Both the position numbers and the translations under genes were made by a program. The notes below the pieces were generated by a model. It was not told the origin of the DNA. It was given only the letters and a program-made list of their open reading frames with translations, and did not search any database. A stretch of DNA of 64,000 bases from Nemertoderma westbladi (lineage: Eukaryota; Animalia; Xenacoelomorpha): assembly GCA_032718475.1 (NCBI GenBank), contig JAUCBJ010006956.1:62001-126000 (forward strand), given 5' to 3'. This document shows positions 37,888 through 49,900 of this stretch, piece by piece (the first letter of the stretch is position 1; each line of letters opens with the position of its first letter).

Positions 37888-40800
37888 TTGAATCCCATAT
37901 CCGCCTTCTTGCCGCCCCACTCACATTGAATCCCATATCCGCCTTCTTGCCGCCCCACTCACATTGAATCCCATATCGGCCTTCTTGCCGCCCTACTCAC
38001 ATTGAATCATGGGATTCAATGTGAGTAGGGCGGCAAGAAGGCCATATCCGCCTTTTTGCCGCCCTACTCACATTGAATCCCATATCCGCCTTCTTGCCGC
38101 CCTACTCACATTGAATCCCATATCCGCCTTCTTGCCGCCCCACTCACATTGAATCCCATATCCGCCTTCTTGCCGCCCCACTCACATTGAATCCCATATC
38201 CGCCATCATGCCGCCCCACTCACATTGAATCCCATATCCACCTTCTTGCCGCCCTACTCACATTGCATCCCATATCCGCCATCATGCCGCCCCACTCACA
38301 TTGAATCCCATATCCACCTTCTTGCCGCCCTACTCACATTGCATCCCATATCCGCCATCATGCCGCCCCACTCACATTGAATCCCATATCCACCTTCTTG
38401 CCGCCCTACTCACATTGAATCCCATATCCGCCTTCTTGCCGCCCCATTCACATTGAATCCCATATCCGCCTTCTTGCCGCCCTACTCACATTGAATCCCA
38501 TATCCGCCTTCTTACCACCCTACTCACATTGAATCCCATATCCGCCTTCTCGCCGCCCCACTCACATTGAATCCCATATCCGCCTTCTTTCCGCCCCACT
38601 CACATTGAATCCCATATCCGCCTACTTGCCGACCTACTCACATTGCATCCCATATCCGCCATCATGCCGCCCTACTCACATTGAATCCCATATCCGCCTT
38701 CTTGCCGCCCCATTCACATTGAATCCCATATCCGCCTTCTTGCCGCCCTACTCACATTGAATCCCATATCCGCCTTCTTAACACCCTACTCACATTGAAT
38801 CCCATATCCGCCTTCTTGCCGCCCTACTCACATTGAATCCCATATCCGCCTTCTTACCACCCCATTCACATTGAATCCCATATCCGCCTTCTTACCACCC
38901 TACTCACATTGAATCCCATATCGGCCTTCTTGCCGCCCCACTCACATTGAATCCCATATCAGCCTTCATGCCGCCATACTCACATTAAATCCCATATCCG
39001 CCTTCTTGCCGCCCCACTCACATTGAATCCCATATCCGCCTTCTTGCCGCCCCACTCACATTGAATCCCATATCCGCCTTCTTGCCGCCCCACTCACATT
39101 GAATCCCATATCCACCTTCTTACCACCCTACTCACATTGAATCCCATATCCGCCTTCTTGCCGCCCCACTCACATTGAATCCCATATCCGCCTTCTTACC
39201 ACCCTACTCACATTGAATCCCATATCCGCCTTCTTGCCGCCCCACTCACATTGAATCCCATATCCACCTTCTTACCACCCTACTCACATTGAATCCCATA
39301 TCCGCCTTCTTGCCGCCCTACTCACATTGCATCCCATATCCGCCTTCTTGCCGCCCTACTCACATTGAATCCCATATCCACCTTCTTACCACCCTACTCA
39401 CATTGAATCCCATATCAGCCTTCTTACCACCCTACTCACATTGAATCCCATATCCGCCTTCTTGCCGCCCCACTCACATTGAATCCCATATCCGCCTTCT
39501 TACCACCCTACTCACATTGAATCCCATATCCACCTTCTTACCACCCTACTCACATTGAATCCCATATCAGCCTTCTTACCACCCTACTCACATTGAATCC
39601 CATATCCGCCTTCTTGCCGCCCTACTCACATTGAATCCCATATCCGCCTTATTACCACCCCATTCACATTGAATCCCATATCCGCCTTCTTACCACCCTA
39701 CTCACATTGAATCCCATATCCGCCTTCTTACCACCCCACTCACATTGAATCCCATATCCGCCTTCTTACCACCCTACTCACATTGAATCCCATATCGGCC
39801 TTCTTGCCGCCCTACTCACATTGAATCCCATATCCGCCTTCTTGCCGCCCTACTCACATTGAATCCCATATCCGCCTTCTTGCCGCCCTACTCACATTGA
39901 ATCCCATATCAGCCTTCTTACCACCCTACTCACATTGAATCCCATATCCGTTCTTACCACCCTACTCACATTGAATCCATATCCGCCTTCATGCCGCCCT
40001 ACTACATTGAATCCCATATCCGCCTTCTTACCGCCCTACTCACATTGAATCCCATATCCACCTTCTTACCATCCTACTCACATTGAATCCCATATCCGCC
40101 TTCTTACCACCCCATTCACATTGAATCCCATATCCGCCTTCTTACCACCCTACTCACATTGAATCCCATATCCGCCTTCTTACCACCCTACTCACATTGA
40201 ATCCCATATCAGCCTTTTTACCACCCCATTCACATTGAATCCCATATCCGCCTTCTTACCACCCTACTCACATTGAATCCCATATCCGCCTTCTTACCAC
40301 CCTACTCACATTGAATCCCATATCCGCCTTCTTACCACCCCATTCACATTGAATCCCATATCCGCCTTCTTACCACCCTACTCACATTGAATCCCATATC
40401 AGCCTTCTTGCCACCCCACTCACATTGCATCCCATATCCACCTTCTTACCATCCTACTCACATTGAATCCCATATCCGCCTTCTTGCCGCCCCACTCACA
40501 TTGCATCCCATATCCACCTTCTTACCATCCTACTCACATTGAATCCCATATCCGCCTTCTTGCCGCCCTACTCACATTGAATCCCATATCCGCCTTCTTA
40601 CCACCCTACTCACATTGAATCCCATATCAGCCTTCTTGCCACCCTACTCACATTGCATCCCATATCCGCCTTCTTACCATCCTACTCACATTGAATCCCA
40701 TATCCGCCTTCTTGCCGCCCCACTTCACATTGAATCCCATATCCGCCTTCTTACCACCCTACTCACATTGAATCCCATATCCGCCTTCTTACCACCCTAC

Positions 40801-42420
40801 TCACATTGAATCCCATATCCGCCTTCTTACCACCCTACTCACATTGAATCCCATATCCGCCTTCTTACCACCCCATTCACATTGAATCCCATATCCGCCT
40901 TCTTACCACCCTACTCACATTGAATCCCATATCAGCCTTCTTGCCACCCTACTCACATTGAATCCCATATCCGCCTTCTTACCACCCTACTCACATTGAA
41001 TCCCATATCAGCCTTGTTGCCACCCTACTCACATTGAATCCCATATCCGCCTTCTTACCACCCTACTCACATTGAATCCCATATCAGCCTTCTTGCCACC
41101 CTACTCACATTGAATCCCATATCCGCCTTCTTACCACCCTACTCACATTGAATCCCATATCCGCCTTCTTGCCGCCCCACTCACATTGCATCCCATATCC
41201 ACCTTCTTACCACCCTACTCACATTGAATCCCATATCCGCCTTCTTACCACCCTACTCACATTGAATCCCATATCAGCCTTCTTGCCGCCCCACTCACAT
41301 TGCATCCCATATCCACCTTCTTACCATCCTACTCACATTGAATCCCATATCCGCCTTCTTACCACCCTACTCACATTGAATCCCATATCAGCCTTCTTGC
41401 CGCCCCACTCACATTGCATCCCATATCCACCTTCTTACCACCCTACTCACATTGAATCCCATATCCGCCTTCTTACCACCCTACTCACATTGAATCCCAT
41501 ATCAGCCTTCTTACCACCCCATTCACATTGAATCCCATATCCGCCTTCTTACCACCCTACTCACATTGAATCCCATATCCGCCTTCTTGCCGCCCCACTC
41601 ACATTGCATCCCATATCCACCTTCTTACCACCCTACTCACATTGAATCCCATATCCGCCTTCTTACCACCCTACTCACATTGAATCCCATATCAGCCTTC
41701 TTGCCACCCTACTCACATTGCATCCCATATCCACCTTCTTACCATCCTACTCACATTGAATCCCATATCCGCCTTCTTACCACCCTACTCACATTGAATC
41801 CCATATCAGCCTTCTTGCCACCCTACTCACATTGAATCCCATATCCGCCTTCTTGCCGCCCCACTCACATTGCATCCCATATCCACCTTCTTACCACCCT
41901 ACTCACATTGAATCCCATATCCGCCTTCTTGCCGCCCCATTCACATTGAATCCCATATCCGCCTTCTTGCCGCCCTACTCACATTGAATCCCATATCCGC
42001 CTTCTTGCCGCCCTACTCACATTGAATCCCATATCCGCCTTCTTACCACCCTACTCACATTGAATCCCATATCCGCCTTCTTGCCGCCCTACTCACATTG
42101 AATCCCATATCCGCCTTCTTACCACCCTACTCACATTGAATCCCATATCAGCCTTCTTGCCACCCTACTCACATTGAATCCCATATCCGCCTTCTTGCCG
42201 CCCCACTCACATTGCATCCCATATCCACCTTCTTACCACCCTACTCACATTGAATCCCATATCCGCCTTCTTGCCGCCCTACTCACATTGAATCCTATAT
42301 CCGCCTTCTTACCACCCTACTCACATTGAATCCCATATCCGCCTTCTTGCCGCCCTACTCACATTGAATCCCATATCCGCCTTCTTGCCGCCCCACTCAC
42401 ATTGATTCCCATATCCGCCA
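37888..42420. repeat. 38-bp minisatellite (about 119 copies) with one inverted unit
   Basis: Unit attgaatcccatatccgccttcttgccgccc(c/t)actcac; inverted copy at 38009-38043. Confidence 0.95.
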
Positions 42421-42436
42421 GTAGTAATGGTTTACC
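42401..42436 (-). CDS. Speculative 36-nt TRPC exon (GKPLLLADMGIN)
   Basis: tag|GGTAAACC...GGAATCAAT|gtgagt, phase 0/0 compatible with the next exon; acceptor lacks a polypyrimidine tract and no homology is recognised. Confidence 0.25.
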
Positions 42437-42885
42437 CTACTTCGGCGACAGTTTAGTCCCACTTCACACCTTGGGTGTTAAGTAGGTCATTAATTAATTA
42501 AACAATTAATTAATTGGTTGATTAAACAATTAATTAATTGTTTAATCAATCGATTTGTATCAAATAATGTTGCCAAAAGCAATTTAATTCGACACAAATC
42601 AATCAGATAGGGACGCGCGATGAATAAATTGTACTAGAGAAGATGAAATATACAATACAATAGGAACCATACAATACAATATACAGTACATTTGTATTAT
42701 TTTTGTCATACAGTAGGTAAAGGTAGAATGAAATATAAAGATGCGAGCGGGGCCCAAAACATAAATTAGCCTCACACGAAAATAAAGTGGGCCAGCTTGG
42801 TCCTAGCTCAACCCCTCAATAATCTGTGGCTGCTTGGGCTCTTATTAGACGTAGCATGACTAATCCCATTGAACCCCATGTTGAG

Positions 42886-43918
42886 TGTTCGCGCTTTCAG
42901 ACCTTTGGCAGTTTAACCCGCCAAATTAGGATGTCTGTTAGATAATAAATCACTTTAGCCGATGACAAATATTTGATTCACTACACTAGTCGAAACCAAT
43001 CTGTGCGCGATCATTCACCCGCTGGATAATTCCCGGGAGATTGGGTTCGACGGCTTAATTTTATTGCTATGTAAGCTTAATGTATTATTCGACTGACAGT
43101 ATTATATAATCTCTGACAATATTATTCACTTTCGGGGAATATTAACAGTTCCTTTAGGACGTGGCGCTCTATCTATATAAACAGAGTTATGACTTAAACT
43201 AATCACAACGATATGGCTTAGTTATAATTCACATATATGGCGCATTCTTTAGGAAATGCTTCGTTATCAGTATCACCCGCACACAATGCTGCACAATACT
43301 GCACACTGATCTGCCGATCTTCACTGATTTTAGTTACATATAAAAGGAACACGGACTGACTCATGTAGGGGCTATCAAATAACATTAGATTCACTTCAAA
43401 CCACTTTAACATAAGTCACAATCGTTATGTATAACCTTTCTCTCTTACCTTCAGTATATCAAGAATATTGGGTTTTCGGGGTTATTTATCGTTATTCCAA
43501 ATATAATAATTCATCAACCAAATTATGAAGTACAGACAGCAAATAGCAGTATAACAATATAAAGTATGCACAGTGTTACACAGTATGCAGTGTATGCAGT
43601 ACTGCAGTATGCATTGATTGCATTGAGTTAGGTTAGTCAAGATAACAGATATATGTCCTTATGATTAAGCCTACTAGTGTACGGCGTAGTCATAGTAACT
43701 ACTGTTCAAGAGTAGCTATCACCCCTTTGCGTCACGAATTGCCATAGAATCATAAAATATGCCTTTCACAGTACACATACGGAGGAAATAGGTCTTAGAT
43801 CCTCTAAAAACACCGATACAGCAATAATACGGTCTCTTACACTTATTAAATCAACTACAGAGTATTTTAATGTAAAAGATAATAAAAATAACGGGGCAAT
43901 TCAGCAAAGGCTTTTACA
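42886..43918 (-). repeat. 3' LTR
   Basis: tgttcgcgctttcag...cttttaca; no differences from 54096-55128 seen by eye; minus-strand AATAAA at 43060-43065. Confidence 0.95.
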
Positions 43919-46900
43919 CCGCTCCCAGAAAATGGGATTTTCAGTCTATAAAATATAAAAATCACAGTTTCTAAAACCTAAAGATACTCTAAACAGTTAG
44001 TCTTTCTTGCGCGGACGGCGTTTACGCAGTTTTTTAAAGCTAGCAAGAGTCCTTTTCTCTTTGGGGGGAACCACTTTACTAGGAGGGCCATAACTCCTGG
44101 GTGAAGGGTGCAATATGATTGCATTAGAAGGTTTGGGTTTACTGTCGGTGTCTCGTCCATTTCGATATGCTTCTCCTCGAGCTGATTTTCCTCCGCTTGT
44201 CATGGGATACGTTCGTCCAAAACTCTCGCAGAGAATAGGGTTTTCTAAGCTTGATATCTTCTTTGAGATTCGAGGTTTCCCAATCGAACTGAGATAAGGC
44301 CAATTCGTTTATCGATTGGACTTACTGTGATAACTTACGTTTATCTGAACAAACGCAGGTTTCTTTTTTGATCTTTATAAAATAGCGTTTAACTCGTTTC
44401 GTACAACGCTCTCCTTCACCTTGATGAAGGGTTGTATCGCGTTAAACGGGACGACCATACGGTTGGATAGTGATATTAGGTGTCTGCGTCATAATCCAGC
44501 TAGGTAAGATGGGCGGCTAGCTAGAAATCACTGTCGGAGTGTTACCGATTAAGTGTTAGGGTAGCACTAGATCTTGAACAGTGAATACCGTCCAATAGGA
44601 TCCGCGACACCACCAGGATCGCAGGTCTGAGGTCCAACTAAGGAATGAGGAGGTTTGACCGAGTATTCCGGGACTCTGATCGTAGGTTTACTCTAGGATC
44701 GTTAGAGCCGAGTGAGCATAGGTGATACGTCAAACAAGTTTCGCTCGAAACTCCAGTAAATATAACGAACACAACTGTGTTTAACACAACATTTCCGTGG
44801 ATGTTTATGTCTTTCCGTTTATTGGCTGGGTCTAGGGCATTTACCGTAATAATACCAAAGACGCACGTCTGGTAGGGTAAACGCGGGTGACATTTATTTG
44901 TTGTTACAATGCTTCTATCAAGAATTCCAAATATACTTTGGAGTTACCGCGTCCATTTGTTTCTTTAGTGTCTTTTCTTTCGAGCCGATTTCGAATAGAA
45001 TTTTCGCATTCGAATTTCAGTTTATGGTTCCGACTCCGCTGGGCAGGATATATAGTCGACATAGTCCGTATTGTGTAAATCGATAGGATGACCAGTAGTT
45101 AAGAAGGCCATATACGTACCATTACGCTGCGTATATCGAGCAGCGAATTTTCTATAGTTCAACTCGCGCGCGGGCTGCTCTTGGGACATTGGCGGTTCGA
45201 TATAACGACCATCGTCCTCCGCAGCAGTTGGACTAACGTCGCCGCGTATTAAGCTATCAACAAACGCTTGCAAAAATAGAGTATATCGCTCCCCGATACC
45301 AAGACCATCTTCTATCAACTCCGTCATTTCTGCTATATATGAGATTATCCACATTATAAGGAGTTTATATTTAGGCGAGCGGGCGTCGCTGCCTACCCCA
45401 ATCAACCCCCGGACAGGACGAGATCCTCAGCGCCGATGTGTCGTCGCCGCCGTACTTTCGCCAACGACGTAGCCGCACAACGACAACGACAACCGGCACA
45501 AGTCACTCGACTGTCCGTCCCAAAGGCTTAGATGTACTTCAGGTATTCCTTGGAGAGTTAGGTTACTTTACGATTGCGACTGGCTACTGTAAACACACCT
45601 TAGCAGTAACATTCACCTATAAACTCACAAATACCACACACACAACTTGTCACAAATTACACACATTCGGGCCATTTGTCCGTTAGTCAATGCCTTCCAG
45701 AATGTCACTGTATTATTATGTATCCTTGGATACTAGTAGTGCGCTATTTATTCCCTATGCTATTCAATGGTACAAGCTTTCTATTGTTCTTTTAACTCAA
45801 TTCTAATTCTAGCGTGGTTGTTGCTATGGTGACATTATGCAAAGCTAGCGGTAGAATTAGAGTAATTCCAATGCATACAGATCTGGGATGTTATTTAATA
45901 GTATTCTTTAATAGTCAATGTTCTGTTTTATACATGACTTTATGAATTTTATCGGCTATTGACTATGTTTGGGAGACTTTCACACTCTCATACGCATGAT
46001 AAGATAAATCTCCGCTCCCTTGATCTATTAATTAATGGAATTTTGGGAACTTTATAAATTGCGTAAAATGGCAATTTATTAAATTCATTAAAAGGCATGA
46101 ATTTAAATTTATTCCCTGAAATTTTATTATTTGATAATTAAATGGACATATTTTGATTCTAGAACATGTCTAGGGACACAAGATCCTTAATTCTATGACA
46201 ATTGTCTTTTTTAAGAATATCGGTAAATGCTACGATATCTTAATTGACTAGAATTGTTGAAGGATCTGAATTTTACAGATTTTGATTTATTAGATTTGCA
46301 AATATTAAATAATTAATATTTGAGATGGGCACCGATTTATTCCAGAACTTGTCTGGGGACGTTAACCACTGATTCTATAATTTGTCTTTCAAGTATATCG
46401 GTGGGTGCCACGATATCTTAATCGACTAGAATTACAGATGGTCAAAGGGTTTAACAGATTTATTTTGCGTTATACGCTACTGTTAAAGGGACATCACGCT
46501 ACTATATGTATTATTTAATATACGGTATGAGAGCAATATCGCACGAAGCAATGTCAGTGTGAAGAGGCAAGTCGTTTCCAAGGTCTACCCAGAGCTTGGT
46601 TTAGCCGAGACACGAGGATCTGAACTTTGCATTCCTAATACTCTGCCTACCAATAATACTTAAATACAGTAGTGGCTTTATTGTACTTTAATAAGTACAG
46701 ACATTTCATCTTACTGTAGTTACGTATTTATAATATAATACGGACAGTAAGGAAAGAGAAAAAATAATTATTTCTTCGCCGTCTCACTAAATATAATATA
46801 AGTAATTACGTACGTAATAAACACGAATATATTGCACTATTCTACAAAATAATCGCCAAAATAATATTCTACTAAATTAAATAAAACGATTATAATAAAA

Positions 46901-46980
46901 TTACATAGTAATACATACATAAATATAAAAATGATAAAATAATATAAAATAATAGAGTCACACACCCACTCCATATGTTG

Positions 46981-49900
46981 TTACGTTATGGAGTCCCTAG
47001 ATGTTTGAAGGATCAGGGAGGTGGTCGTGGGAAGAGAATTTTGCCTTCCACAGTTTCCGGAGAGTCCTCCATTCCCTTCCGATAAACACAAACGACCGAC
47101 TGGGTGATTGAGTCGCTGCATCCTGAATACAATTCCAGGTTTCCTCTTCGTCCTGGAATAGTGACGATAGAAACATCGCTCAAAGTATATGACGGCGTCA
47201 CAAAGCCGATTCCAGGAGCTATAGTGGTCCGTCGCTCTCTGCAGGAGAGGTGAGAGTCCCTGCGAGACGTCTGATGTTCCAGAGCTCCAATCGCTCTCTC
47301 TGATCTTCATGAAGGATCCACTCGCGGTGGGGAGGTCCAGATCCACGGCGTCGTCCCTGGTAACATGTAATACCGACAGATCTATCCCGGGTTCAAATAA
47401 CTCCGATCCACCCGTCCGGGTTTCAGGTTCGACTTTCTCCGCTCCCTTGGCTGGTCTAATCTCAGTCGGAGTAAGATGGGGAGGCCATTCATTCTCCTTA
47501 CTCAGGAAGTCGGGTTCACCTAACCGGTCTATAGTATCTGTCAGTTCTTGAGGAGTTGCTCCTCTGGAAGCGATGTCCGTTGGATTAAACTTCTTGGAGC
47601 AATATCTCCATTGATCTACATTGGAGCTAAGATTGTCATTATCTGAGGAGTGTGGTGTTCCCTCAGTTGGGTCGTCTCCCTCACTAGTATCATCTTCCCA
47701 TTCACTCACCTGGCAGACGCGATCTTGAAGCAGTCTTTCCCTGAGCGTTCTACGGGAAGGTCCAGTAAGGTACCAACCTACTCTAGTTCTTACCGCATAG
47801 GTCTGTAGTGGCTGCGGTTGAGCAGGTCGTTTCTCTAATGTCTCCAGCGCCTCATGCACGTTTTGGCCGATGAGTATTTGCACTCCAGGATAATCAGTCT
47901 GGAATCGAGGTATGTTAAGATGTTGGATGCTCTCATCCTCGTCCCAATTATAAAGGTCTGCTTGAGTAGTAGCGAAGTTCTTTATAGCCACCATTTTCAC
48001 TGACCTTATGCTATGTTCTCCTAGTTCGTCCTGGGGGGTGGACAACGCGCCTACATAATAATCAGCTGTTACTGTAGATTTCCAAACTTGCATGATTCCT
48101 GACATGTTTAGCTTGGTTCGGAACTTGGGTTGTCCAGCAAAGATGACTTCGGCTAGTTCTTTATCGATGAATGTTCCTGTGCTACCGGAGTCCAGGAGGG
48201 CGTTCACTATATAGCTCTTCTGAGGTCCGTGGACCCGTAACTGGACTACAGGAAATTCTCGGATTCCTATATTGGAAGTTGGCGCTTTCCAAGATGGTTG
48301 TTGATCTGAAGTAGTTAGGGTGAGGTCGCTGTCTGTGTCTTTTTCATACACGAGTGCTCGATACACTGCGGTGGTGTTTATTAGGTAACAGGATTCGTTT
48401 TGGTCGGAGAACTCGTCCGTATAGAATCCTTCCATCTCAGATTGATCAGTGTCGTTCACATCACTGAATTGGACATGTAGTTCGGACTCACTTACCTGAC
48501 TCGGGCTGTTTCGTTCGAATTCCGTGTGCAACAAGATATGATGTTTTACGCCGCACTGTGCACACCTTGCGTCGGAGTTACAGGTTCGCCGTTGGTGTCC
48601 TCGTCTGAGGCAATTATAACACAACCGCTTATCCCACATGACTTCACGTCTATCCTTTAGTGATTTCCTCAGGAATTTATCACACGCATTTAAACGGTGG
48701 GGCCCGTCGCACAGCACACATTTGGGCTTGATGTTACTTACTTTAACATGTGCTGTGTGGTGCACACTTGTTCTTTCCTCGGGCTTTCTCACCTGAATTC
48801 TTTTAGGAGACGTAGGAGGGGTTTTTTGTACCGGTTCCCTTCTGTCATTGGGTCGAGACTTGGATTTACTTACCTGATCTTTAGGCATTTTATTGACATA
48901 AGATCTGTCAGTGTCTTTCCCGCTGTCCTCTCCTTGAGAAGTTTGGCTTTCACCGTCGTCGGTATAACATACTGGTATTACCCTTCTCCTAGAAACGGGT
49001 TTCTCACTTACCTTACTTTCCGCTGTCTTCTCTCTGGACTGCTTTATGAGCTGTAATTTCACCTCGCTATCCAGGAATGACATGAGATCAGCCATGGTAG
49101 GGTCTCGCCGTTGTTGTTCCATCATATATAGCACTTTCTTATCCCAGCGTGTACCTACTCCACCTTTAGGTAAAGTAGAAGCCACTGCTCTAATAACCAT
49201 AGTGTTCTGATACTCATGAGACTTACCTAGCCAATCTAATTGTCTGCAGATCTCCTGGATCTCATCGGAAAACTCGATAATTCCGCTACTAATAAACTTT
49301 CGGGGCGCTACTAACTTTGCATACAAGTACCCAGCGATATTATTCCTATTACCATACCTGATGTTTAGTGTATCCCAAACTTGTCTTAATCCGTCTGGAT
49401 GTCCAATAAACTTTAACGCCATTAACTTGGGAGATCCTTCTAAGCACTCGATGAGGTATCTAAGTTTTTCTCCATTAGATAGTACAGAGTTCTGTATGTT
49501 ATCTTTGTAATATTCATTAAAAGGTAACCATTTCATCTCATCTCCATTGAACTTAACGATCTCTCCAACCTTTACCGCTTGCCGGGCTTCGGTTCTAGCC
49601 ATTTGACGCGTAAAACTTTCTTGGGCCATCGTGCTATTTAATATCGAGTTATCGGTATATAAATTTCTCGGATTATGATCAGTTCTATAGGGAATATCAT
49701 TATCAACAGGTCTATAATTACCCTTAATAGGGTTCACTATAGGAGTTTCTACTTCGCTAGCAGTATTAATGCGTGTAGGCTCCACACCTTGCGCATGAGA
49801 TACTTCAGACCTAACGGGTTGACACATTGTTACAGAGGGTGGTGGTATACCCTTTTTAGTATTTACTAATTTATCGCGCTCTAGCGCGATACTTTGCTGC

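Noticed and set aside
9198-42420. Tandem arrays as CRISPR arrays
   Set aside because: No unique spacers, no cas genes, and a spliceosomal eukaryotic context.
43218-43412. 64-aa ORF present twice (also 54428-54622)
   Set aside because: Lies inside the LTRs; useful only as evidence of LTR identity.
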